From positions 1 to 58,692 of the IMG/VR virus record IMGVR_UViG_3300030102_006279: a DNA stretch of 58,692 nucleotides; one strand, given 5' to 3'. Below, piece by piece: positions 29,384 to 39,005 of the stretch. Origin of the DNA: a virus (taxonomy: Duplodnaviria > Caudoviricetes). The notes below the pieces were generated by a model. That model was not told where the DNA came from. It saw only the letters and a list, made by a program, of their open reading frames with translations, and made no database searches. A program made the translations under genes and the position numbers. Numbering within the stretch: position 1 is the stretch's first letter; every line of letters starts with the position of its first letter.

Positions 29384-29818
29384 CTAAAATAGTGCGAGGA
29401 TATCCTCGGGTTTTTCAATAGTGCCGATGATTTCATCATCATTAATGATTCTGTGTTCACCAAATTTGGTTTTAAATCTAGCTCCAGCATATCGACCAAT
29501 CACTACAAATTGTCCTACCTTACACCAAGGACTGATAAATTTATCTTTATCTTTGTAACACATGTCACCCATTTTTATTACATAGCCAACAACTGAGGTC
29601 ATTTCTGATGTCTCTAAAGTTTGCTCAGCAAGAGCAATACCACCATCTGTCATCTCAGACATTTTCCACATTTTGATAAGTAAACGATAACCGACTGGGT
29701 CAGGTAAACTATTTATTTGATCAATGTAACTTTGGGTTAATTTAGGGGTATCTTTTTGCGATGAAGATGTATCATCTGAAAGATAATCTGGTTTAATAAT
29801 ATTTGACTTACTTGTCAT
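29384..29818 (-). CDS. groES: GroES-like co-chaperonin
   Basis: PVGYRLLI, TDGGIAL mobile loop, GYVIKMG, KVGQFV..YAG, IINDDEIIG. Confidence 0.85.
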   Translation of the reverse strand: MTSKSNIIKPDYLSDDTSSSQKDTPKLTQSYIDQINSLPDPVGYRLLIKMWKMSEMTDGGIALAEQTLETSEMTSVVGYVIKMGDMCYKDKDKFISPWCKVGQFVVIGRYAGARFKTKFGEHRIINDDEIIGTIEKPEDILALF

Positions 29819-30005
29819 CTACTAACTCTCCTTTTTTTTGCAGGTCTTTTAAATCCTGAAGCAGTGCTTCCAATGCACCGATCTTGCCCTTAGCATATTG
29901 CAATTGTTCGAGATTGTCTACCCCATATACAATATGATCTTTGGTATCATCAATTCTTTTTCTAATAAAATGAACTAAACTTTGAATCGTATCTGGATCG
30001 TACAT
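29808..30005 (-). CDS. Small conserved helical protein
   Basis: 65 aa, QYAKGKIGAL; coupled between neighbours. Confidence 0.7.
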   Translation of the reverse strand: MYDPDTIQSLVHFIRKRIDDTKDHIVYGVDNLEQLQYAKGKIGALEALLQDLKDLQKKGELVDDK

Positions 30006-30685
30006 TATTTTTTCTTATCTGGTGCGTATAAATTATCAAAAGTATATTCCCAATCCATGTAACTATCATGACTCTCTGCTGAATGTGTCCACTGTGATGG
30101 AATAAAGTCAGGAGGTCCATTACCGGTTACCCACATAGCAGGAGAAGTCACTCGTACTCTGTTATTAGGTAAGGCTACAAAACACCCTTTCCACGGTCCT
30201 TCGGTTAATGCCAAAACATGTGATTGTTTATGTTGAGCTGGATCATCTGCAATCTCACTACCTGTGTAGTCTACAGTAAAATAATACTTTGCTGTATAAA
30301 ATTCACCTTCAATACGAGCTAACCAAGGGCTTGAACTAGTGCGATCAAATCTCACAATTGAATGTTCTCTTGAAGATACATCCCAAGGTTGAGCAAGATG
30401 AGTCGGTATTGGTGGTGGCATTTCATCTAAAGGCTCATCTTCCACCAATGCTGTGATTGGCATACGAGCCCACATAGCACCACCATGTGGATTCTCTAAA
30501 CGGTTTTCTTCATCTTCACAACCCGTAAAGATAACTTGAAAACTTAAACAACGGTCTGGTATACAATTAACTGCGATGACATAGCAGTGTAGGAACTCAC
30601 CGTGATAAGCACGATGATTGTGTGTAAATTCCTTTCTTACCCACGCCTTTAAAACTAAAGGTATGTTTGATATTAAATGTGACAA
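30005..30685 (-). CDS. Conserved hypothetical protein, 226 aa
   Basis: WVRKEF, GGAMWARMPI, HKQSHVL, LPNNR; TTG start. Confidence 0.75.
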   Translation of the reverse strand: MSHLISNIPLVLKAWVRKEFTHNHRAYHGEFLHCYVIAVNCIPDRCLSFQVIFTGCEDEENRLENPHGGAMWARMPITALVEDEPLDEMPPPIPTHLAQPWDVSSREHSIVRFDRTSSSPWLARIEGEFYTAKYYFTVDYTGSEIADDPAQHKQSHVLALTEGPWKGCFVALPNNRVRVTSPAMWVTGNGPPDFIPSQWTHSAESHDSYMDWEYTFDNLYAPDKKK

Positions 30686-30688
30686 ATT

Positions 30689-30916
30689 TTAAGCCTTGGT
30701 TATTTTATACCCTTTTTTCTTAGCTGCTGCTCTTAACTGAGCGACTGTCATAGTTTTCATTTTAGCTCCGCCTTTAGCGTATCCTTTAGCCATCTTACCG
30801 CCCATGGCTTTCATCATTTTAGCACCACCTTTAGAGTAACCCTTAGCCATTTTACCACCTCTGGCTCTCATCATCTTGGCTCCGCCTTTAGCATACCCTT
30901 TGCTTTTCATTTTCAT
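30689..30916 (-). CDS. Very basic repeat protein (candidate DNA-condensing core protein)
   Basis: KGY(A/S)KGGAKM three times at 19-aa (57-nt) period; C-terminal MTVAQLRAAAKKKG; no acidic residues. Confidence 0.7.
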   Translation of the reverse strand: MKMKSKGYAKGGAKMMRARGGKMAKGYSKGGAKMMKAMGGKMAKGYAKGGAKMKTMTVAQLRAAAKKKGYKITKA

Positions 30917-30923
30917 ATTTACC

Positions 30924-31304
30924 TCACTTAGTAAATTTACCGATTGATTTTAACCCAAAACTAGCAGCAATAGAAGCCATAATTGACCACTGTAACCACT
31001 CTGGGAAAGTTCCTAAAAATTCTATACCTCTAGCAACATAAGGTTGAAAATAAGGTATAAAACTAAAAATTATAATAGCTATGAACGTGAGGGTCCAAGC
31101 CTCGTCTTTCCAGGAATCCTCAGAAGCCTTTGCCATAGCGGTTTCCCACTCGACCTTACCTTCCGCCACCTTTTTCTGCACAGCTGTTTGTGCATCAATC
31201 TCAGCGATTTTAAGATCAGATTTAGCTTTAGCTTTCTTTGCACTATGCTCAAAATAACCACCCACAGCTTTTGATAATCCGTTGACTATTAAACCTATCA
31301 TCAT
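30924..31304 (-). CDS. Probable holin (3TM / GTA-holin-like)
   Basis: SWKDEAW followed by two hydrophobic helices, PEWLQ..ASFGLK. Confidence 0.65.
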   Translation of the reverse strand: MMIGLIVNGLSKAVGGYFEHSAKKAKAKSDLKIAEIDAQTAVQKKVAEGKVEWETAMAKASEDSWKDEAWTLTFIAIIIFSFIPYFQPYVARGIEFLGTFPEWLQWSIMASIAASFGLKSIGKFTK

Positions 31305-31666
31305 TTGACTCCTATAAATTTATGACCTTTAACCTGTATATTGCTTATACCTTTAATCGGACTTTTCACACCATTTTCACGGTGAGGACAACCACCGTTT
31401 TTTAAACCTTGTGGCACCGGTCCTCTTTCAGGGGGTATGGTTTTTGTGAGTTTTTTGACACCTTTCTTAGCGGTCTTGTAACCATATTTAATTGCTTTAG
31501 CAGCAGGTCCATACGCAGCTGATTCTAATGCAAATAGTGCGCCACCTAATAAATCTTCAGAGAAATTTTTGTAACCTTCAGGATCTTTGCGCTTGGCTTT
31601 ACGCTTCTGCTCTAAAGTAACTTTTGTTGGTGATTTACCGCGTCTTTTTCCGATATTTTGTGCCAT
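31301..31666 (-). CDS. Basic hypothetical protein
   Basis: PPERGPVPQGLKNGG; ends QVKGHKFIGVK. Confidence 0.7.
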   Translation of the reverse strand: MAQNIGKRRGKSPTKVTLEQKRKAKRKDPEGYKNFSEDLLGGALFALESAAYGPAAKAIKYGYKTAKKGVKKLTKTIPPERGPVPQGLKNGGCPHRENGVKSPIKGISNIQVKGHKFIGVK

Positions 31667-34029
31667 TATTTATCTTCCTTACCAGTGTCTTGTTTCAACT
31701 TATCACGCATAACATCAAGTTTTTCATCTGCAACACGAATACGTTCTTTTCCTGCTTCTTCAGAATCTTCACGTATCATTTTATCTAAATCTATGCGTTG
31801 GTCAAACTCATCTACTTTTCTTTGTTCTTGCACTAAGAACTCTTCTGCTTTTCGTTGCATATCTGCAGCACGCATATCTAGTTCTTGTTGTTTTAATCTT
31901 ACCAACGGATCATCAGCAGGTTGCTCTTGTTTGACTAATTCCTCTGTCAACAATTGTATTCTTTCTGCATGCACACCATCAAACACTTGTTTAAAACCTT
32001 CTGGATTAGTTTGTTGTAAATCCATAATTTCAGGTCTTTGTTGTTGAATTTGAATCAACGCTTGTGCTCTTGCTTTAAAGGATATGTGTTCACTAATGTG
32101 AGCTTGCAATAAAGCATACACTTGAGGGTTCATTTGCACCATTCTAGTTTGAATAAATGCCATGTGACTAAAGATATGTGCATCATGGTTTTGTATTTCA
32201 AATGCTTTGAGTGGTTTCAAAGCTAAAGCCTCCGAATTTTCAATTGCTGGGTCTTTTGGTTGCGGTTCTTGTTGTGGTTTTAACAAGGTATTTACATCTT
32301 TTGTCCCTAAAGCTACATAAACTCTACGATAAGCCTCGTGAATGTTGTGCATTTGTGGGTTTGACATAGCAATTTGTAATTGTGTCTGCGCTAAAGTCAC
32401 TCTTTGCGTCATTGAGAAGATATTTGGGTCTGCAATTGGTATTACATCAACTTCTTCACTAAAATCGGCTTGTTTTACCATACGATCGCCACCATAAACC
32501 GCATATGGATACACTGGTGGTAAATAACTAGCAAAAACATTGTTCAAAAGCCTAAATTCTTGCTTCATAGCATAATAACAACGCTTATGAATGGCACTCA
32601 TGACCCTTGAACCACGCTCTAAGAGGGCTACAGTCGTGCCAACCGCTCTATTTTTGCCATCTTCGCCGACTTGCATGTCAGCAATCGCTGCAAAACGCTG
32701 TCCTGCTTGAACCACAAACCCTAAAAGTTGAAATAATGTCTGACTTGGCTCTTTAAATGGCAATTGCATAAAAGAATCTTGTATTTTTCCACCCACAATG
32801 TCGACATCTCTGAACTCACCAGGCTGAAATGGTTGATCATCGTCACGAATTCTCATACCTCTAGTCTTAAATCCAGCAGGTAAGTTAGCTAAAGTACCTG
32901 CATCAAGTAATTGACGCAGTGCAGCAGTGGCAGTTTTACTTAAACCACCAATCATGTGTATTAAACCAAAGCCATAAAAGCCTAAACCAGGTAAAAATTT
33001 GTAGTGCACAAAGTATTCTTTGCGTTTTAACAAAGGATCATCAGGTTCAAAGTTACGATAAATAGATAAAATCTCTCTTGAGCCTTCATCTAGCGTTACC
33101 ACATAAGGTATCTTAATATTTTTTTCATCACTTTTATTTTCTGGGTCAATAAGATCAAGGTCTACATGCATTTCTAAAATGTTAAATTGATAATCGCCTT
33201 CAGCATCACCTGAACGGCTTACACCACTTAGTTGACTGTATTTGTCTTCAACTTCACTTTCGTCCATACGGCTTGGTATAATTTCAATATCGCGATAAAA
33301 ACCAATCTGTTGTTTTTTCAATATTTCATTTTCGCTCATGCGAACAAGATGTGTAATTCTTTCACAATCTTTTAGATCCGTTGCATAATAAGGTACAACT
33401 AAATCTTCAGCAGGAACAAACTTTGATACCGCCCTTTGCATCACATCATCAAAATAAACTTTTTTAAATGCAGAACCTGCAAGTGGTAAATAAAATAATA
33501 ATTGATCAAATTCAGGAGTGTACTCCTCCATCTCTTCAGTAATCATGTAATTCATAAATTCTTGCACACGCTGAGCCTGTGCCATCTTTTCTGGTGTAAG
33601 AGCGCCAACAACCTGTGCGCTGACTGGACCATCTGAAGGCAATAGCTCTCGGTAAGCTTGTGCTTGGAATTGTGTAACTGATTCTGCAAGCATCGGATGT
33701 GTCACCGAACTTGCTCCTTGAAAAGGACCACCATCATTATTGTATTTAAAACCTAACAGGTCTAAACCATTTGTATATGATTTTTCCCAATCAGAACGGC
33801 TTTCTTTATCTTTTTTATAATCTGCCAATAAGTCATTTGCCAAACGGCTAAGTAAAACCTCATCCATATCTTCGGCAAGGTTTTCATAAAAATTTTCTTG
33901 AGGGTTTTGAGTTTCTTGAGTTTCTTCAATACTACCTTCGTCATCTTCTGGCTTAATTTCAACATCCACAGGCTCAAGCTCATTTATCTCAACTTCAGGA
34001 GTTTCTATATTATTTTCTTCAACTGCCAT
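31666..34029 (-). CDS. Portal protein
   Basis: 787 aa; PFQGASSVTHP, LPLAGSAFKKVYFD, FYGFGLIH, LLDAGTLANLP, VGTTVAL; near TerL. Confidence 0.85.
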   Translation of the reverse strand: MAVEENNIETPEVEINELEPVDVEIKPEDDEGSIEETQETQNPQENFYENLAEDMDEVLLSRLANDLLADYKKDKESRSDWEKSYTNGLDLLGFKYNNDGGPFQGASSVTHPMLAESVTQFQAQAYRELLPSDGPVSAQVVGALTPEKMAQAQRVQEFMNYMITEEMEEYTPEFDQLLFYLPLAGSAFKKVYFDDVMQRAVSKFVPAEDLVVPYYATDLKDCERITHLVRMSENEILKKQQIGFYRDIEIIPSRMDESEVEDKYSQLSGVSRSGDAEGDYQFNILEMHVDLDLIDPENKSDEKNIKIPYVVTLDEGSREILSIYRNFEPDDPLLKRKEYFVHYKFLPGLGFYGFGLIHMIGGLSKTATAALRQLLDAGTLANLPAGFKTRGMRIRDDDQPFQPGEFRDVDIVGGKIQDSFMQLPFKEPSQTLFQLLGFVVQAGQRFAAIADMQVGEDGKNRAVGTTVALLERGSRVMSAIHKRCYYAMKQEFRLLNNVFASYLPPVYPYAVYGGDRMVKQADFSEEVDVIPIADPNIFSMTQRVTLAQTQLQIAMSNPQMHNIHEAYRRVYVALGTKDVNTLLKPQQEPQPKDPAIENSEALALKPLKAFEIQNHDAHIFSHMAFIQTRMVQMNPQVYALLQAHISEHISFKARAQALIQIQQQRPEIMDLQQTNPEGFKQVFDGVHAERIQLLTEELVKQEQPADDPLVRLKQQELDMRAADMQRKAEEFLVQEQRKVDEFDQRIDLDKMIREDSEEAGKERIRVADEKLDVMRDKLKQDTGKEDK

Positions 34030-34030
34030 A

Positions 34031-34279
34031 TTAAGTTACCTTTGTTTTTTTATTACGACCGAGTTTACATTTAACAGAAACATATTTTCCTGTTTTTGCA
34101 GACATAGGAATTGCTGTTGGAATAGGCCCTACTTTTTGCAAAGGGTTGAACCTATTTGTGGTTTTTGCCAGTAATCTTTGTAATGCTCTATTTTTAGATG
34201 CAATCTCTCTGACTCCCGCAGTGGCTTTTTTTCTACTGCGTTCACTTAAAAACTTTTTTAATTTTTTCTCTTGACTCAT
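34031..34279 (-). CDS. Basic hypothetical protein
   Basis: 82 aa Lys/Arg-rich, AKTGK..KCKLGRNKKTK. Confidence 0.7.
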   Translation of the reverse strand: MSQEKKLKKFLSERSRKKATAGVREIASKNRALQRLLAKTTNRFNPLQKVGPIPTAIPMSAKTGKYVSVKCKLGRNKKTKVT

Positions 34280-34288
34280 AGCAAAATT

Positions 34289-36550
34289 CTACCATTTAAA
34301 TATATCAACTACTAGACCACCTGTTTTCTTATAAAGTTTAAAAGGTTTTGCTTTCATTTCAGGTGATATTTTTAAACCAAATGCCGGATAATACAAATCA
34401 GGATCATCAGGACCCATTTGTACGAGCTTTGAATCAAAATCAAGCATACCTTTGGCGTTTTCAGCTTCTATTTTAGTTTTAAAAGCTGCAAAGTGTTCTG
34501 TGCTAGTGTAATGAAAAGTTTCATTGCCATAGGTTCCCTGTGTTTTATATCTTACAAGTTTAAACGGTTTGGTCGGATCTGATTTGGCCACCTGTATTAC
34601 TTTTGCTTCTGTATTATATTCTTTTGCTAATCTCTTTAGGATACTAGGTAAGATGGCAGTTTGTTTGGGATTGGTTGGCTCGCCTTTTATAGCAAAACCT
34701 TCAAAACCTGCTTTACCTTTTGCATTACCATAGAAACGCGGTGTAAATTTTTTTACATCTCCACCTCTTTTACCTATAGCCACCATTTCTACTGGATTGA
34801 TTGCGATGTACTCTACATCATTTTTAGCAGCAATATTGGCTAAATATTTCATACCATGCGCGGCATATCCTCTTTCTGTATCAAACAAAGGTTGAAAATC
34901 TCCTAATGCTGAGTTATACCTTGCTCTCAATTCATTTCGTGTAGCTATACTAGTTGAGTTATTTTTTGTGTCTTTTACAACTTGTGCATACTCTTCAAAT
35001 AATTTTTTACTTTTTTTATAGTCGTCTTCATCAAAACGACCTTTTACTTGAATAGTTTCTCTTAAGTGATCGTCAATCTCTTGAAATTTACTGATTCGTT
35101 TGTCTTTAAATAAAGGTAAAACATAATTCATATTGGTAGGATTAAGTCGTACATCACGGTCTCCTTTCGCTTGTCTTACCTTATCTCGCATACCTTGTTG
35201 TATATCTGCCTGCATTTCATCAAGCACATAAGCTTTTTCATCTGGTGCACCTTTTACTGCTCGAGTACCATAACGGACATGGTATAGTTGGTTTTGATAC
35301 TCCTTAAAATGAGCAGCTGTAGGCACTTTAAAATCTTCACCGAAAATACTTTTTTCAAATTTTCCCTCAATATCTTTTAATACAACAATATCCTCGTGAT
35401 AATCTTCTGCGCCAAACAATCGATACCCATCTTCTCTTCCATAGTGGATCCTTCTTGCGTAGGGCGTGTTTTCTATTTGTTTTACAAGATTATCATTAAA
35501 TGCTGCTCCTTTTCTTAGCAACGGAGCCATCATTTCACTGTAGGGTATCCCTGCATTTTCCAACACTACTTTTGGATCAACATTTACTTCTGCTTTTAAA
35601 AGATCTTCTAATTTGCGAGCAAAATTAGCAAACTCATAATCATCATCTGAGTTTACCTCTTTGGTGTGCCCATAATTTCTTAATCCAAAATTAGCTTTTT
35701 TTTCATAGTAATCTCTACTGATTTTATCAATACCTCTTCTTAACTCAGTAAGTTTCGCAAGTTCCGTAGTATCAGTGCTTTGTACTTTATCAGCGGTGGA
35801 TACAACCGATGAGCGTAAGCGCCCCATGGTATCTTCAAACTCATCAAAAAAATCATCACTGACTGTACGCAGTGACTTTTGGTCATAACCCATTCTAATA
35901 GAGGCGGTGTTGTTAGCTGGTGCTCTGGCCACCATCTCAAGTAAGGTTTTGGCACTTACTGGAATATTGTTGTCCATCGCCACTTTTAAGTAGCCACCTC
36001 TTAGATTTTGATCCTTATCAAACAAAGCAATATTAGTATCTGCTAATTCATCGCGAGTGACGCCTGTTTTCTTTGAAGCTGTTTTAAAATAATCAGCCCA
36101 AGCTTGAGCAGGTGCCATGTACCCTTTTTTACGGCCCATGTTTGGAAAAGTCGCTATGGTGTCAAATAAAACTGAACCTTGCACACTAGGGTCCACATTA
36201 GGTCCTGTGTTTCGTCCAGCAAGAGTCAGTGGATTGTCTTTTACCCTTTGCTGAATCTCTTCTACTACTTTGATGTTTTCCTCTAATTCAGCTTTATTGA
36301 TAGCAAATTCTTTTTGAATTTTTTGTGCATCATCAGGGGTGGTCGTGTCCGGTAATTTATCTGAAGCTATTTGAGGTTCTTCTTCCGGCTTGGGTCCTTT
36401 TTTAAAACCTTTGATACCTTGAAAAATTTTTTTACCCGCACGAGCTAATGGTGTTCTGGCTAGAATACCTGTGGCTATACCCGCACCGATACCTAAAGTC
36501 GTTAGATCATCACTGCGCTCTTCTCGTACATTTTTGTCTGTTTCGGCCAT
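34289..36550 (-). CDS. Large probable virion protein, 753 aa
   Basis: GVTRDEL, HF..YHVR...LDEMQAD motif seen in large phage virion/polyvalent-type proteins; ends YKKTGGLV. Confidence 0.55.
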   Translation of the reverse strand: MAETDKNVREERSDDLTTLGIGAGIATGILARTPLARAGKKIFQGIKGFKKGPKPEEEPQIASDKLPDTTTPDDAQKIQKEFAINKAELEENIKVVEEIQQRVKDNPLTLAGRNTGPNVDPSVQGSVLFDTIATFPNMGRKKGYMAPAQAWADYFKTASKKTGVTRDELADTNIALFDKDQNLRGGYLKVAMDNNIPVSAKTLLEMVARAPANNTASIRMGYDQKSLRTVSDDFFDEFEDTMGRLRSSVVSTADKVQSTDTTELAKLTELRRGIDKISRDYYEKKANFGLRNYGHTKEVNSDDDYEFANFARKLEDLLKAEVNVDPKVVLENAGIPYSEMMAPLLRKGAAFNDNLVKQIENTPYARRIHYGREDGYRLFGAEDYHEDIVVLKDIEGKFEKSIFGEDFKVPTAAHFKEYQNQLYHVRYGTRAVKGAPDEKAYVLDEMQADIQQGMRDKVRQAKGDRDVRLNPTNMNYVLPLFKDKRISKFQEIDDHLRETIQVKGRFDEDDYKKSKKLFEEYAQVVKDTKNNSTSIATRNELRARYNSALGDFQPLFDTERGYAAHGMKYLANIAAKNDVEYIAINPVEMVAIGKRGGDVKKFTPRFYGNAKGKAGFEGFAIKGEPTNPKQTAILPSILKRLAKEYNTEAKVIQVAKSDPTKPFKLVRYKTQGTYGNETFHYTSTEHFAAFKTKIEAENAKGMLDFDSKLVQMGPDDPDLYYPAFGLKISPEMKAKPFKLYKKTGGLVVDIFKW

Positions 36551-36555
36551 AGATC

Positions 36556-38031
36556 TTAGTAGTAGTTATATGTCTTTTCAGGAAGATCATCCTCGTCCTT
36601 ATAGTCTGAGTATAACTCAACAAAGTTGCCTTGACGATACCTTAGTAGAGCTTGACTCATCGAATCGACATAATCATCATTAGCACCATGCGGAAATGCG
36701 GCACATTCATCAATCACATCTTCGGCAAATTTTTCACCATACGGATACCACACGGACCCACTTTCAAAGATAGGGGCTACCGAGTTGACTCGAGTGTGCT
36801 TGTCATTGCCTCTTGTCGGAGTGAATGGGACCACCGGTATGCCCATGCGTCTGAACTCTTGGGTCAGTGGTTCACCGGACGCCTTCTGCTCAACAATAAT
36901 TGTTTCTGGCTCCCAGTACCGTTGAGCGTCCATCGCCACAGCTTTGAGCTCTGGAAAATCAAACTTACCACGCAAAGCATCTAACAAAATAACATTTGGC
37001 GCACCGCCTTCGTCTGGAAAAAATATACCCCAAGTCGTAATAGCACTATAGTCCGCCGTTTCTTTTTTCGAAAACGCCGTATCATAACTTTGAATGACAT
37101 GTTGTAACATAGGTAAACTTTCTTTCTCCCAAGGTTGCCACCACTCACGCTTGATGATCGCACCTTCCTCTGAAGTAGGCTCTTGCATGTACTGTGCCGA
37201 CCAGTTTCTGATTGGAATCGAGGCTTTGATTTTTTCTAGCTCTTCAATGTCCCAGTACTCAGGCCACACAGGGTTCCCTGAGTCAAGGATCGCTGGAAAA
37301 GATATCTGTCGCCAAGTGTCAGCTTTGGGTTCGGTCTGTGCTCGTAAGAGTCTACCGGTCAAATCATCTTCGGCCCAGCGGGTCATAACTACTAGTATCG
37401 AACCGCCAGGTTGTAAACGCTGACGAGGACCAGAAGTGTACCACTCGTACGCACGCTCCATGGCAGTGTCTGACATAGAATCTTGTTCTGTATGAGGGTC
37501 ATCGATAATCAGTAAGTCTGCACCACGGCCCGTGATTGACGAACCAACGCCAGCAGCATAGTATTCACCACCATGATTCGTTTCCCATCTACCTTTGGCT
37601 TTGGAATCCTCACGCAACTTTACATCACCAAAAATCTGTTTGTATTCCGGTGAGTCAATGATGTTACGAACCTTGGCTCCGAACCTTGCTGCAAGTTCGG
37701 TATTGTGTGACACCTGCATAATTTTTAATTTAGGGAACTTACCAATAATCCAAGCAGGAAAGTAAACAGAAGCAAACTCTGATTTGGTATGCCTAGGAGG
37801 CATATTTATGATGAGCCTCCCTTTTCTTTGGTCTGCAATATCAGTAAATTCTTTAGCTATGATCTGGTGGTGTCCCCACTCACTCATAACTTTTGATTTT
37901 CTACAAATAAAATCGGGCCAAACTTCTTGCACAAAAGCTAAAAAATTATCCTGACAAAGCTTTACATGCTGTATCCAAAGCCTTTCGACTTCGAGCCTCA
38001 TCTGTTCTGTGGTCATTAGATCGGTCTGCAT
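36556..38031 (-). CDS. terL: Terminase large subunit
   Basis: NMPPRHTKSE (Walker A variant), ITGRGADLLIIDDP (Walker B), MTRW, SYDTA and DDYVDSMSQAL nuclease motifs; likely start 38031. Confidence 0.95.
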   Translation of the reverse strand: MQTDLMTTEQMRLEVERLWIQHVKLCQDNFLAFVQEVWPDFICRKSKVMSEWGHHQIIAKEFTDIADQRKGRLIINMPPRHTKSEFASVYFPAWIIGKFPKLKIMQVSHNTELAARFGAKVRNIIDSPEYKQIFGDVKLREDSKAKGRWETNHGGEYYAAGVGSSITGRGADLLIIDDPHTEQDSMSDTAMERAYEWYTSGPRQRLQPGGSILVVMTRWAEDDLTGRLLRAQTEPKADTWRQISFPAILDSGNPVWPEYWDIEELEKIKASIPIRNWSAQYMQEPTSEEGAIIKREWWQPWEKESLPMLQHVIQSYDTAFSKKETADYSAITTWGIFFPDEGGAPNVILLDALRGKFDFPELKAVAMDAQRYWEPETIIVEQKASGEPLTQEFRRMGIPVVPFTPTRGNDKHTRVNSVAPIFESGSVWYPYGEKFAEDVIDECAAFPHGANDDYVDSMSQALLRYRQGNFVELYSDYKDEDDLPEKTYNYY

Positions 38032-38191
38032 ACAAATTATTATAACGATAACTAGACTTTTTGCTAGTATGTGCATCTATGAAATAGGATTTATAGGCCA
38101 GTTTGCAAAATCGTACGGCTGTGCGTGGGAATGGCAATTTTTTTAAAAGAATGGATTTTGTATTTTGATATGAGCCTTGTAGATTATAGAC

Positions 38192-38220
38192 AAAAAAAAG
38201 AGGCACAATCCTTGTGCCTC
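38192..38220 (-). terminator. Intrinsic terminator closing early cassette 1
   Basis: GAGGCACAA-GGA-TTGTGCCTC followed by T8. Confidence 0.9.
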
Positions 38221-38243
38221 AAATCTAGCAAGTAATTTATCTA

Positions 38244-38498
38244 TTACTCTAATTCAAGATTGCCTTGAAGTTTTTCTGCAAGAGGTTGCAAAAGAATTGC
38301 TATGTGAGTTTTTAAATCACTTGATTGAGCTGTGCCTTGATACTTAATTAGATTTTCTAAAAGTATCTTTTCTAATTGACTAGCATAAAGTTGATAGTCT
38401 ATTTGCTCATTGACAAGTACACCCTCTACCCTTTCCCTCTCTTGAGGTGTTAGTTGACTTTCCACAAATTGCATTAAGTTAAAATTATTATTAGGCAT
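38244..38498 (-). CDS. Hypothetical early protein, 84 aa
   Basis: RBS AGGGGG; second gene of a promoter-terminator cassette. Confidence 0.75.
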   Translation of the reverse strand: MPNNNFNLMQFVESQLTPQERERVEGVLVNEQIDYQLYASQLEKILLENLIKYQGTAQSSDLKTHIAILLQPLAEKLQGNLELE

Positions 38499-38500
38499 TA

Positions 38501-38875
38501 TTATTCCCCCTTTAAGTTTAATTCGTCATAAGATGTAACTGTTGTATTATCCTTAATAACTTCCTCTATATGATGCAAAGGAATTGAATAATTTACAGCT
38601 AATGAATTAATAACATTTTTATAATCTACTACTTTTCTTTTTTTAGGTGTAAGAAAAAAATAGGTATAAGCATTGTTAGTTTTTACAGCAACAGTTTTTC
38701 TGATTAGTTTATTAAGAATAGATAAAACATTTTTTCTACTTTTGTTATATAAATCCTTATCACTATCAAATTGCTGTTTAAAGGTTGCAAAAGATTTCAA
38801 TAATACCCTTTCGTCTTTTGTAAGTTTTTTATCTGTTGATAAGATAAAGTTGTCATTTAGTTTTTGTAAGTTCAT
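38501..38875 (-). CDS. Hypothetical early protein, 124 aa
   Basis: RBS GAGGT; first gene after promoter at 38946. Confidence 0.75.
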   Translation of the reverse strand: MNLQKLNDNFILSTDKKLTKDERVLLKSFATFKQQFDSDKDLYNKSRKNVLSILNKLIRKTVAVKTNNAYTYFFLTPKKRKVVDYKNVINSLAVNYSIPLHHIEEVIKDNTTVTSYDELNLKGE

Positions 38876-38918
38876 ATTTTTACCTCTCTTGATTAATTAA
38901 TATTGTCTTACCCTTTTA

Positions 38919-38946
38919 ATTATAAGGAATTTTTATCCCATATCAA
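38919..38946 (-). promoter_or_regulatory. Sigma70-type promoter with ATATGGGA box
   Basis: TTGATA-16 nt-TATAAT. Confidence 0.75.
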
Positions 38947-39005
38947 CCTATATATGCATATATATAGAAAATAATTTTGCTTGACTTTTTTTCACGAAAA
39001 CTATG

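Noticed and set aside
453-37423. Numerous plus-strand and alternate-frame ORFs in the late arm (e.g. 453..908, 5201..5620, 17931..18698, 31658..32047)
   Set aside because: Antisense or out-of-frame shadows of well-supported minus-strand genes, without RBS or recognisable motifs
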